Shown: in pieces, positions 30,914 through 39,348 of the stretch
Layout of the letters: every line of letters begins with the position of its first letter
Numbering within the stretch: position 1 is the first letter of the stretch
Assembly: GCA_021792405.1 (NCBI GenBank)
Contig: JAJYUU010000001.1
Location: 21,590 to 85,589 of the forward strand
DNA length: 64,000 nt
From: Actinomycetes bacterium
GTDB taxonomy: Bacteria > Actinomycetota > Actinomycetes > Streptosporangiales > Streptosporangiaceae
Reading direction: 5' to 3'
The notes under the pieces: model-generated
The model's input: the letters and a program-made list of their open reading frames with translations, nothing else
Databases searched by the model: none
Told to the model about the DNA's origin: nothing
Translations under genes and position numbers: made by a program

Positions 30914-31570
30914 ATGGAGAGCCCCCACATCCGGATCGAGCGGACAGGCGCCGTCATCAGGCTGCGACCGGAGGTGACCACGATCGGGCGAGGCAAGTCT
31001 GTCGACATTCACCTCGATCACCCAAGCGTCTCGAAGCTGCACGCTGAGATCGTCCGGCGCGGCCCCTATGCCTACGTGAGCGACCTGGGATTATCACGGC
31101 ACGGAACCAGGGTCAACGGGAAGGTCGTGGCGCAGCGCCTGCTCGAGAACGATGACGTGCTGTCGTTCGGGTCGCAGCGGTGCCGCGTCTTCGGGCTGGC
31201 CGCCGAGGAGCCGCTCCCGGAGACCGACCCGCACCGCTCCGCGATGCCCGAGCTAACCCGCCGCGAGCTCGACGTCGTCGCGGCGCTGTGCAAGCCCGCT
31301 CTGTCCGACGACGCATTCGTGACCCCGGCCACAGCCAGGGAGATCGCTGCCGATCTCGTCGTGACCGAGGCCGCGGTGAAGCAGCACCTGCTGCGGCTCT
31401 ACCAGAAGCTCAAGATCGTGGAGGGACCGAACCGCAGGGTCAGGCTGGCAAACGAGGTGGTGGCGCACGGCCTGGTCCGGCCGCTGCCGACGGCCGGGCA
31501 GGCCCCGGCGCAGCAGACCGGGCCGGCCTGGGCACCCGGCGCAGCCGACCCGTCCCAGCTGGCGAGCTGA
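30914..31570 (+). CDS. FHA-domain / LuxR-type HTH fusion transcriptional regulator
   Basis: aa 1-95 form an FHA domain (TIGRGKSVDIHLDHPSVSKLHAEIVRRGPYAYVSDLGLSRHGTRVNGKVV...DDVLSFG). aa 115-180 form a LuxR/GerE HTH (LTRRELDVVAALC...TAREIAADLVVTEAAVKQHLLRLYQKLKI). GGAGGA lies 6 nt before the ATG. Confidence 0.85.
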   Translation: MESPHIRIERTGAVIRLRPEVTTIGRGKSVDIHLDHPSVSKLHAEIVRRGPYAYVSDLGLSRHGTRVNGKVVAQRLLENDDVLSFGSQRCRVFGLAAEEPLPETDPHRSAMPELTRRELDVVAALCKPALSDDAFVTPATAREIAADLVVTEAAVKQHLLRLYQKLKIVEGPNRRVRLANEVVAHGLVRPLPTAGQAPAQQTGPAWAPGAADPSQLAS

Positions 31571-31590
31571 TCTCACCGCGTCGCGAAGCC

Positions 31591-31632
31591 GCCGGGCGCT
31601 GGCCGCCAGGCGCTGGTCGCCAGGCGCTGGTC
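31591..31632. repeat. 3 x 14-bp tandem repeat filling the convergent spacer between the FHA-LuxR gene and the kinase gene
   Basis: gccgggcgctggcc / gccaggcgctggtc / gccaggcgctggtc. Each unit contains a CCAG-gcg-CTGG mini-palindrome. The array occupies 42 of the 68 bp between the two stop codons, so it may act as a bidirectional terminator. Confidence 0.85.
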
Positions 31633-31638
31633 GGCAGC

Positions 31639-33513
31639 TTAGAGCCGTTGTCCGAGCCAGCGGGCGAGCTGCCTGCCCAGCCGCGTCACATTACCGGACA
31701 GCTGGTTCAGGGCCGGATGGGCGACGGACAGCGTCTGCAACTGGTTGCCCAGGTGCCCTGCTGGCCAGTAGGCCGGCGTCATCGTCGCCGCCGCTACCGC
31801 CACGCCGGCCACCATGGCCGCCAGGCCAAGCGAGCCGAGAAGCACCGCCGGGGTGGACGACGCCACCCGCCCGTAGAACCTGCTGAGCGGGCGGCGGCAA
31901 GCACTCGAGCCTGGCCCGATGCAGTAGCAGGCGACGAGCGCGCCAGCCGCATAGCCGACAGCTTTCGGCAGTTCCGCCGGGCCCGCTGCCAGCACGGAAA
32001 GGATCAGCACGACTGCCGCGCACAGCACCGCCAGCGGCGCCAGCAGCAGGAAACTCAGCACCGACCGGCAGACCGCCCACGGATAGAACGCGGTCGCCGA
32101 GACCGTGTCGCTAGGCCGCTGGCCCTGCCGCGACCGGCGCCGGGTCAGCCACTTCGAGGTCAGGTCCGTCGCCCGCAACAGCACGAGCACCGCGAGTGCC
32201 GCGGCCGCTCCGGCAACCGGCAGCAGGACGCTGACGGCCACCAGCGCGGCGAGCGTCGCGAGCACCAGTGGCAGCCGGGCCGACTGGCTCAGCCGGCCGG
32301 CGGCTAGCTCCTGGCCGACTGCCGGGGCTGCCTCGCGGCCACCCGCCTGGCCGGGCGGAAGCTGGCTGGGCCCGCCAGCCAGCGGCCGCGCGGCCCAGGG
32401 CGGCACTGACCCAGCCGGCACTGACCCAGCCGGCACTGACCCAGCCGGCACGGACCAAGCCGGCACTGCTCCCGGCGGCACCGTCGGGGTTCCGGTGAGC
32501 TGGCCGGGCGCAGCGGCCGGCGACGGGCTGTAGCGAACGGGCGTCAGCAGGTCGGCGAAGTTGTCCGGCGGACGGACCGCGATCGGCCTGGTCCCCGGCT
32601 GCCGCCGCGGTGCGTCCAGCGCCGTGTATGCCGCCTGGCCGGCAATCGCCAGCGGATCATCCTGGCCAGCCGCCGGTGCGCTGACGGCGGCTCTGGCCGG
32701 CGGGGGTAGCAGCGTCTGCGGGTTCAGGCCGGCCGCGAACTCGGCGACCTCGGCCGCCGAGGGCCGCCGGCTCGGGTCCCTGGCCAGCGCGGCCGCCACG
32801 ATCGGCAGCAACGGCGGCGGCATCCGGTCCAGCTCGGGCTCACCGTGCACGATTCGGTAGAAAATCGACTCGAACTGGCCGGTGCCGAACGGCGCCCGGC
32901 CGCACGCCGCGTACGCCATGGTGGCGGCCCAGGAGTGCACGTCCGCTGCGGGACCACTCGGCTTGCCCTCGATGACCTCCGGGGCGAGGTAGCCGGGCGT
33001 GCCCATGAACATTCCGGTCATGGTCAGCCGGGTTGAGTCCGGGGCCTGGGCGATACCGAAGTCGATCACGACCGGCTGACCATCGACCATCATCACATTG
33101 CCAGGCTTGAGATCCCGGTGCACGACGCCCGCCGCATGCACGGCTACCAGCGCGGACGCCAGCCCGCGGGCCAGATCGGCCAGGGCGGCACCGGTGAGCG
33201 CCCCCTCGGAAGCGACCACGTCTTCCAGCGTCCGGCCGGCCACATATCTTGTCACGATATATGGCGGATCGTTCTCAACGTCCGCGTCGACAACCTCGGC
33301 CACGAACGGGCTGTGCACGCGGCGCATCGTCGCCACCTCGCGGGCAAGCCGGCGACGTGCGGTAGCCTCGGCCGGCACGCCCTGGCGCAGGACCTTGACC
33401 GCGACGAGGCTGCCGCCAGCGTCGCTGGCCAGGTAGACCACGCCCATGCCGCCCTCGCCCAGCTGCTCGCGCAGCAGGTAAGGGCCTAGCCGCTCCCCCG
33501 AGTGGGCACTCAT
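31639..33513 (-). CDS. Ser/Thr protein kinase with Pro-rich repeat linker and polytopic C-terminal membrane domain
   Basis: Hanks kinase motifs are present: GEGGMGVVYLA, VAVK, HRDLKPGNVMM, DFGIA and GTPGYLAPE. A Pro/Ala linker with (PAGSV) repeats follows, then four or more hydrophobic segments in the last about 220 aa. No PASTA or other recognisable extracellular sensor domain is present. Confidence 0.9.
   Translation of the reverse strand: MSAHSGERLGPYLLREQLGEGGMGVVYLASDAGGSLVAVKVLRQGVPAEATARRRLAREVATMRRVHSPFVAEVVDADVENDPPYIVTRYVAGRTLEDVVASEGALTGAALADLARGLASALVAVHAAGVVHRDLKPGNVMMVDGQPVVIDFGIAQAPDSTRLTMTGMFMGTPGYLAPEVIEGKPSGPAADVHSWAATMAYAACGRAPFGTGQFESIFYRIVHGEPELDRMPPPLLPIVAAALARDPSRRPSAAEVAEFAAGLNPQTLLPPPARAAVSAPAAGQDDPLAIAGQAAYTALDAPRRQPGTRPIAVRPPDNFADLLTPVRYSPSPAAAPGQLTGTPTVPPGAVPAWSVPAGSVPAGSVPAGSVPPWAARPLAGGPSQLPPGQAGGREAAPAVGQELAAGRLSQSARLPLVLATLAALVAVSVLLPVAGAAAALAVLVLLRATDLTSKWLTRRRSRQGQRPSDTVSATAFYPWAVCRSVLSFLLLAPLAVLCAAVVLILSVLAAGPAELPKAVGYAAGALVACYCIGPGSSACRRPLSRFYGRVASSTPAVLLGSLGLAAMVAGVAVAAATMTPAYWPAGHLGNQLQTLSVAHPALNQLSGNVTRLGRQLARWLGQRL
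32396..32470. repeat. 15-bp tandem array (about 5 units, two perfect) inside the kinase linker
   Basis: ccagccggcactgac at 32411-25 and 32426-40 (identical), ccagccggcacggac at 32441-55, caagccggcactgct at 32456-70, and a degenerate copy at 32396-410. It encodes WSVPAGSVPAGSVPAGSVPPW. Confidence 0.9.
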
Positions 33514-33567
33514 AGCGTTACAGCCTACGGCTCACGTCCCGTGCGCGACGGCCCGAGTTTCCGGCGG

Positions 33568-34020
33568 TTAGCTCCCGGCAACCAGCCGGCGCAGCGCCTC
33601 AGCCGTCTGCGCGTTCTGCTCCGCATGGCTGAGCAGGGCCTTTGCTAGCTCGGCCGCCCACTGGCCGATCTGAACCGGCTGCCTGGACAGCACGACTCCG
33701 CGCACCTCACGGCAGACCTCGGCGACCGGGGCGCCACCGGTCAGCCGGAGTGTCATGACGTGATCGCCCAACCGAACCGTGATCTTCGTTACTGTCCCCG
33801 GACGGCCTTTCATCCGGTCCGACATCGACCGGTCGCGGTCGATTGTCACGCAGTTGGCCGGCAGTGCGTCGCCCAGCGACTCGGTCAGGACCTTGGCGTA
33901 GATCGCGATATCAGTGCTGTCGGCGCGCAGCGCCGCTGTCACCATGTCCAGCGACGGGCTGTCGGCGGGCTCCATCATCGCTGCCGCGTCCTCGTTCTCG
34001 GTCGATTGCTTCTCAGACAT
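33568..34020 (-). CDS. Hypothetical protein (no family recognised)
   Basis: About 150 aa from MSEKQSTENEDAAAMMEP, with coding-like high third-position GC. It lies between the enoyl-CoA hydratase gene and the kinase gene on the same strand. The start could instead be 34056. Confidence 0.6.
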   Translation of the reverse strand: MSEKQSTENEDAAAMMEPADSPSLDMVTAALRADSTDIAIYAKVLTESLGDALPANCVTIDRDRSMSDRMKGRPGTVTKITVRLGDHVMTLRLTGGAPVAEVCREVRGVVLSRQPVQIGQWAAELAKALLSHAEQNAQTAEALRRLVAGS

Positions 34021-34098
34021 GCTGATTATCGCTCCGTTGCCGGGCCGCATGATCACGCCGGTGTTCCGGCGGGCTGGCTGCTCGGCCTGGCAAGCCGG

Positions 34099-34878
34099 TC
34101 ACCGGCCAGTGAAGGTTGCTTTGCCAGGTCCATTCTCCAGGAAACTGCGCATTCCCGCTCGCGCGTCGTCAGTGGCAAACAACCCGGCAAAGCTAGCTTG
34201 CTCGAATTCGAGCCCGGTGCCGAGATCGGCGTCCAGGCTAAGGTCAACGGCTCGCTTCGCCGCGGCAATCGCGATCGCCGGGCCGCTGGCGAACCCGGCG
34301 GCCATTTCCCGCGCCGCAATGTACACCTGATCGTCGGGCACGACCTTGTCGGCAAGCCCGATAGCCAGGGCCCCCGCCGCGTCGATGAACCGGCCGGTGA
34401 AGATCAGGTCCTTGGCTTTCGCCGGGCCGATGAGCCTCGGCAGCCGCTGCGTGCCGCCGCCGCCCGGGATCAGGCCGAGCAGGATCTCCGGCTGGCCGAC
34501 CTTAGCGCTCTCGCCGAGCACCCGGAAGTCAGCGCATAGCGCGAGTTCAAGGCCGCCGCCGAGGGCGTAGCCGGTGACCGCGGCAATAACCGGCTTGCCG
34601 ATCGCGGCTACGACGTTCAGCGCATCCTGCAGCCGGCGGATGTTCGCGGTCATCTGCGCGTAGCTGGCGTCGGCCATCTCCTTGATATCAGCGCCTGCCG
34701 CGAAAAGCTTCTCGCCGCCATAGATGATGACGGCGCGGACCGCATCGTCCGCGCTGACCTGGCCGGCCGCGGCAGCCAGATCGGCCTGCAACACGGCGTT
34801 GAGCGCATTCATGGGCGGCCGGTTCAGCCGGATGGTGGCAACCGCCCGTTCCGTCTCGACGAGCACCAGCTCGCTCAT
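34099..34878 (-). CDS. Enoyl-CoA hydratase/isomerase (crotonase) family protein
   Basis: 259 aa from MSELVLVETERAVATIRLNRPPMNAL, with FAAGADIKEM and GYALGGGLELALCAD oxyanion-hole motifs. The ORF-track start 35154 adds 92 Arg/Pro/Ser-rich codons that look non-coding. Confidence 0.9.
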   Translation of the reverse strand: MSELVLVETERAVATIRLNRPPMNALNAVLQADLAAAAGQVSADDAVRAVIIYGGEKLFAAGADIKEMADASYAQMTANIRRLQDALNVVAAIGKPVIAAVTGYALGGGLELALCADFRVLGESAKVGQPEILLGLIPGGGGTQRLPRLIGPAKAKDLIFTGRFIDAAGALAIGLADKVVPDDQVYIAAREMAAGFASGPAIAIAAAKRAVDLSLDADLGTGLEFEQASFAGLFATDDARAGMRSFLENGPGKATFTGR

Positions 34879-34930
34879 CCCGCACCTCCAGTACCGAGCC
34901 TCGATCCTACGCAGCCCGGATTCCGGGCGG

Positions 34931-35377
34931 CTAGCCAGAGCGGGGCCGCTGCCCTGGGAGGTGACCAGCCGGCCCGGTGCAGTCGGCTGCAGGCTGCGAA
35001 TGGCAGGAATGCTGGCAATTCGGCGATGTGCACGGGCTGACGGCGGCCGTGCCAGCGCACAGGCCGAGCAAGCAGGAGGGCGACAGCACGAAATCGGCCT
35101 CCGCGCCGTCGATGGCAAGGCTGTCGATGGCCGCCGGATCGCTCGCGAGTACAAGGTCGGCAGCTCGCGCCAGCGCCCGGGCGGCCGGCAGCAGCCTGGA
35201 CGCGAGGTGTGTCCTGGACACCTTGCTCAGGCACCGGCCGGCGCCCACCGCATCGGACCGCAGGAAGGCGGCGAGCGCGTCGAGGCATGCCTGCTCCTCC
35301 GCAGTGCGCGTGTGCTGGCCGCCGCGACTTCGGCTGCGACCGGCCCGCGACCCGTCCAGGGACAGCGACACTCCCAT
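34931..35377 (-). CDS. Possible hypothetical protein with cysteine-rich C-terminal tail (weak call)
   Basis: This is the only frame in the 700-bp gap 34879-35576 with coding-like composition; the other frames are Arg- or Ser/Ala-rich shadow frames. The last about 45 aa are SPSCLLGLCAGTAAVSPCTSPNCQHSCHSQPAADCTG (7 Cys), and third-position GC drops there. No family recognised. Confidence 0.3.
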   Translation of the reverse strand: MGVSLSLDGSRAGRSRSRGGQHTRTAEEQACLDALAAFLRSDAVGAGRCLSKVSRTHLASRLLPAARALARAADLVLASDPAAIDSLAIDGAEADFVLSPSCLLGLCAGTAAVSPCTSPNCQHSCHSQPAADCTGPAGHLPGQRPRSG

Positions 35378-35576
35378 CTGTGCCCCCTACCTGACCTGCC
35401 GCATAGGACACGTCCAGACCGTGCATCACGCTACGCGGCTGACTGCGAAGGGTCAAGGCTTCGCACTAAGTCCGTTGCGTTGTGCAATTCGCACGTAGGA
35501 CCGTGAGCTGCGCATATGATGAACTCCGGATGGCCGCCAGTTGGACAGAGTGCGAAGCATGTGCGAAGGTAGCGGC

Positions 35577-36011
35577 ATGGTTGACCGACCCGAGCCGCCG
35601 CCCTGGGGAACCCTCATCGCTGCCGCGCTGCGCTCCGCGGGGCTGTCGGTCCGGCAGGCCGCCCGGCGCGCTGGCATCAGCGAGGGCAGGTGGCGGCAGA
35701 TCGCCGGCGGCTACCAGGTCGTCAGGCCTAATGTCTACGTACAGGTGCGGGGGCCAGCCGCGACGCTTGCCAAGATGGCAACGGCGGCCGGGGTGACGCC
35801 GGACCAGCTGGCCGCGGCTGGCCGCGAAGATGCCGCCCTGGCCATGCTGCGCCAGCAGGAGGATCGGTCGGCGGGCGAGGAGATGCTCTCGCACGTCCGG
35901 GCCATGGATACCGATCAGGCCCGTGAGCTGCTCGCGGCGCTCGCCCGCCAGCTAGGCGTCAGCCTCGCCGATGCGGAGCGCGGCGATAGCGAGCGCGGGT
36001 ACGGCACGTGA
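35577..36011 (+). CDS. Helix-turn-helix (XRE-like) domain protein
   Basis: The N-terminus LIAAALRSAGLSVRQAARRAGISEGRWRQIAGG has an HTH_XRE-like pattern, followed by an acidic/Ala-rich C-terminus. Alternative starts are at 35541 and 35559. Confidence 0.6.
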   Translation: MVDRPEPPPWGTLIAAALRSAGLSVRQAARRAGISEGRWRQIAGGYQVVRPNVYVQVRGPAATLAKMATAAGVTPDQLAAAGREDAALAMLRQQEDRSAGEEMLSHVRAMDTDQARELLAALARQLGVSLADAERGDSERGYGT

Positions 36012-36066
36012 CGGCCGGCCGGGAGAACCTGCCCCAGGGCCACCGCTGGGGCAGGCATCTGCCCGG

Positions 36067-36285
36067 TCACTCCCCGGACGCGCGCTGCAGTGAAACCCCC
36101 TGCCAGCCATTCAGGAAACCACGGACTTCGCTCTCGCTGTACCGGCGGTGACCACCGGGGGTACGGATCGATGAGAGCTTGCCGCCGCGCGCCCAGCGGG
36201 TGACGGTCTTCGGGTCGACCCGAAGCATCGCTGCGACCTCGGCCGGGGTGAGAAGGCGGTTGTCCGGCTTGATCTGAGTTCTCAC
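36067..36285 (-). CDS. bldC: BldC, small MerR/excisionase-like developmental DNA-binding protein
   Basis: 72 aa. LLTPAEVAAMLRVDPKTVTRWARGGKLSSIRTPGGHRRYSESEVRGFL is near-identical in pattern to Streptomyces BldC as I remember it (LLTPAEVATMFRVDPKTVTRWAKAGKLTSIRTLGGHRRY). GTG start with GAGGA 8 nt upstream. Confidence 0.9.
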   Translation of the reverse strand: MRTQIKPDNRLLTPAEVAAMLRVDPKTVTRWARGGKLSSIRTPGGHRRYSESEVRGFLNGWQGVSLQRASGE

Positions 36286-36321
36286 GAGAAGGATCCTCTC
36301 GCACTCGGGGGTAATGGTCGG

Positions 36322-36383
36322 GTGACAGAACGTGACGAACCATGACCGTCACTTACTGACATCGCTCTATCACAGGATGTCAC
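36322..36383. promoter_or_regulatory. bldC upstream region with clustered GTGAC/GTCAC motifs
   Basis: GTGAC at 36322 and 36332 (10-bp phasing), TGACC at 36343, GTCAC at 36348, TGAC at 36357, GTCAC at 36379. It includes GTGACG-N10-CGTCAC. The region is AT-richer than its surroundings and lies 37-98 nt upstream of the bldC start. Confidence 0.3.
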
Positions 36384-36496
36384 ATCGACTCTGGCTTTGC
36401 TGGCGTTCTTACCAGCACGAGCCGAAATTCCCCGGCCAGCCGATGACGGGGACGGGAATCAGGACTGACCGGCGATGACAGGAACGGCCGCCGCCG

Positions 36497-39199
36497 TTAC
36501 CGGAGGTCCCCGTTGACCATTCCGGCAGGGGCGTCGGGCACGGTAACGAGGCCAATCTCGGCCAGCCCGGCCAGTAGCCGGTGCCTCGGCAATACCCGGA
36601 CGGTATAGCCGAAGGGGCCGGGCTCGCCGAGTTCGGCGCCGCCGGTGTATCTCGCTACGCCGCCCGGTACCGCCTCGTCCAGCTCCAGAGCCGAGCTGGC
36701 GGGATCGATGATCTCGTCGGACTCTCCGGCGCGGCCGTACACCACCTCGACCATCACGTCATCGGGCGTCAGCGTGCCAAGCGCCACGCTGGCCCGGACG
36801 GTGAGCCGCCCGCCGGGGCTGAGGTCGCCGTCGTCCGCCTCGACGTGCTCGATGCGGACCGCTGGCCAGGCGGCGATTACCCGTTGCTTCCAGGCGGCGA
36901 GCTCGCGCGCGCCTTCGAACGGCGTGCCGCCGTGACTGAGCGGATCGGCCAGCGCGCGGGATGACCGGGCAGCGGGCGCATACAGATCGGTGACGTACTG
37001 CCGGACCATCCGGGTAGCCAGCGCCCGCGGCCCGAGCCCGCGCATGGCATGCGAGACCATCTCCAGCCACCGCCCCGGCAGCCCGTCGCCGCCGGTGTCG
37101 TAGAACAGCGGCGCGACCGACTTGCCGATCAGGTCGTACAGCGCTGCCGCCTCGACCTCGTCGCGACGGGCTGGATCAGGCACGCCGTCCGCCGACGGAA
37201 TGGCCCAGCCGTTGTGGCCGTCGAACCACTCATCCCACCAGCCGTCCAGCACCGACAGGTTGAGGCCGCCGTTGAGCGCGGCCTTCATCCCGGAAGTACC
37301 GCAAGCTTCCAGCGGCCGCAGCGGGTTGTTCAGCCAGACGTCGCAGCCCTGCACCAGGGTGCGCGCCAGCGCCATGTCGTAGTCGGGCAGGAAGACGATC
37401 CGGTGTCGCACCTGTGGCTGATCCGCGAACCTGACGAGCTGCGCGATGAGCTGCTTGCCGCCGTCGTCGGCCGGGTGCGCCTTGCCGGCGACCACGATCT
37501 GGACCGGACGGTCGGGATCCAGCAGGAGCGCGGAGAGCCTGGCCGGGTCGTGCAGCATCATCGTCAGGCGCTTGTAGGAGGGCACCCGGCGGGCGAACCC
37601 GATCGTGAGGACATCCTCGTCAAGCACCCCGTCGATCCAGATCAGCTCGGCCTCGGAGGCGCCGCGCTGCCGCCAGGACGCCCGCAGCCGGTGCCGGGCC
37701 TCGGCCACCAGGCTGGCGCGCAACTGGCGCCGCAGTGCCCAGACCCGGCGAGCATCGCTAGCCGCCCGGTCCCAGAACGCCGGGTCGTCAGCCGGATCCG
37801 CCACCGAGCTCAGGCCGGCCGAGCCGGCCGACCCGGCCGCGTGACCGCCAGCGGCCGGGCCGGTCGCGGCCGGGTCCGCCGGGCCAGCGACAAGCCGCAC
37901 GAGCTCCGGTGCGACCCAGGTGGGTGCGTGGACGCCGTTGGTCACCGAGGTGATGGGAACCTCGGCCACGTCAAAGCCCGGCCACAGGCCGGCGAACATC
38001 TGCCGCGAGACCGAGCCGTGCAGCTTGCTCACTCCGTTGACCCGCTGCGCGAGCCGCATCCCCATAACGGCCATGTTGAAGACGTCAGGGTTGCCGTCGG
38101 CGAAGGTCTCCGCGCCGAGCGCCAGGATCTCAGCCAGCGGCAGCCCGCCGGCCGCGCCGCCGTCCGGGCCGTCGAACTGACGTGCGACAAGATCCCGCGG
38201 GAACCGGTCGATCCCGGCGGGAACCGGCGTGTGCGTGGTGAAGACCGTGCCCGCGCGGCAGAGTTCCAGCGCCTCGCCGAAGGCGAGCCCGCGCTCGACG
38301 TACTCGCGGATCCGCTCCACGCCGAGGAACCCGGCATGACCCTCATTGGTGTGGAAGACCTCCGGCTCTGGGTGGCCAGTGCTCGCGCAGTAGGCCCTTA
38401 CGGCGCGGACCCCCCCGATTCCCAGCAACAGTTCCTGCTGCAGCCGGTGATCGGTGCCGCCGCCGTACAGGCGGTCGGTGATCTCCCGCAGGTCCGGGTC
38501 GTTTTCCTCGACATAGGAGTCGAGCAGCAGCAGCGGCACCCGGCCGACCTCCGCCACCCAGATCTGGGCCGACAGCGCCGCCGAGCCGGCCAGCATCACG
38601 CTCACCCGGATCGCGTTACCCGCGGCGTCTCGCAGCAGTGTCAGCGGCAGCCCGTTGGGGTCGGACGCCGGGTAGCGCTCGGCCTGCCAGCCATCTACGG
38701 ACAGTGACTGGGTGAAGTACCCGTGCCGGTACAGCAGCCCGACGCCGATCAGCGGCACGCCGAGGTCGCTGGCGGCCTTCAGGTGGTCGCCCGCGAGGAT
38801 GCCAAGGCCGCCGGAATACTGCGGGAGCGCCGCGGTGATCCCGTACTCAGGCGAGAAGTAGGCGATCGCTGACGGCCACCTGGCACCGCCCGATGCAGCC
38901 TGCTCCAGCTGGTACCAGCGCGGCTGGCCAAGGTAGTCCTGCAGGTCGGCGCTGGTCTCGGCGAGCCGCCGCAGGAAGCCCGGATCCGCGGCCAGCGCTG
39001 CCAGCCTGTCCTGCGGCACCTTGCCGAGCAGCGCGACCGGATCCTGCTCGGCAAGCTCACGGCTGGCAGGATCGATCGAGGCGAACAGCTCCCGCGTCCC
39101 GTCATGCCACGACCAGCGGAGGTTCAGCATCAGCGCGCGCAGCGGATCAAGTGCGGCGGGCAGGACCGGATGGATGGTGAAACGGCGGATAGCTCTCAC
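36497..39199 (-). CDS. glgP: Alpha-glucan phosphorylase (GlgP, actinobacterial long type)
   Basis: About 900 aa from VRAIRRFTIHPVLPAALDPLRALMLNLRWSWH, the typical N-terminus. It contains YFSPEYG, GGLGILAGDH and the PLP-Lys region ACGTSGMKAALNG. GTG at 39197-39199 is preferred to the ORF-track start 39346. Confidence 0.92.
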   Translation of the reverse strand: MRAIRRFTIHPVLPAALDPLRALMLNLRWSWHDGTRELFASIDPASRELAEQDPVALLGKVPQDRLAALAADPGFLRRLAETSADLQDYLGQPRWYQLEQAASGGARWPSAIAYFSPEYGITAALPQYSGGLGILAGDHLKAASDLGVPLIGVGLLYRHGYFTQSLSVDGWQAERYPASDPNGLPLTLLRDAAGNAIRVSVMLAGSAALSAQIWVAEVGRVPLLLLDSYVEENDPDLREITDRLYGGGTDHRLQQELLLGIGGVRAVRAYCASTGHPEPEVFHTNEGHAGFLGVERIREYVERGLAFGEALELCRAGTVFTTHTPVPAGIDRFPRDLVARQFDGPDGGAAGGLPLAEILALGAETFADGNPDVFNMAVMGMRLAQRVNGVSKLHGSVSRQMFAGLWPGFDVAEVPITSVTNGVHAPTWVAPELVRLVAGPADPAATGPAAGGHAAGSAGSAGLSSVADPADDPAFWDRAASDARRVWALRRQLRASLVAEARHRLRASWRQRGASEAELIWIDGVLDEDVLTIGFARRVPSYKRLTMMLHDPARLSALLLDPDRPVQIVVAGKAHPADDGGKQLIAQLVRFADQPQVRHRIVFLPDYDMALARTLVQGCDVWLNNPLRPLEACGTSGMKAALNGGLNLSVLDGWWDEWFDGHNGWAIPSADGVPDPARRDEVEAAALYDLIGKSVAPLFYDTGGDGLPGRWLEMVSHAMRGLGPRALATRMVRQYVTDLYAPAARSSRALADPLSHGGTPFEGARELAAWKQRVIAAWPAVRIEHVEADDGDLSPGGRLTVRASVALGTLTPDDVMVEVVYGRAGESDEIIDPASSALELDEAVPGGVARYTGGAELGEPGPFGYTVRVLPRHRLLAGLAEIGLVTVPDAPAGMVNGDLR

Positions 39200-39348
39200 G
39201 CACAGTGACCTTAATGCCTGCGCCGGACACAACACGCCACGGCTCCCCGGCAGCCTGGGGACCGCGGGGACGGCCTGCGCCGCGGCGACACTGCCGTCAG
39301 GGCCACCCGGTTCGGCATTGGCTGCGCTTAGATGGGTAGCTTTCATCC

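Noticed and set aside
34931-35377. Cys/Ser/Thr-rich tail as a lanthipeptide or other RiPP precursor, with the nearby kinase as a LanKC/LanL-type synthetase.
   Set aside because: The kinase has no lyase or LanC-like cyclase domains; its C-terminus is membrane helices. At 148 aa the ORF is long for a precursor, and no other maturation or transport genes are present. It is kept only as a low-confidence ORF observation.
35541-36285. HTH (XRE-like) gene plus excisionase-like small gene, as a possible prophage or integrative-element remnant.
   Set aside because: The small gene is a very good match to the conserved developmental regulator BldC. No integrase, att-like repeats, tRNA target or phage genes are nearby, and the composition does not differ from the flanks.
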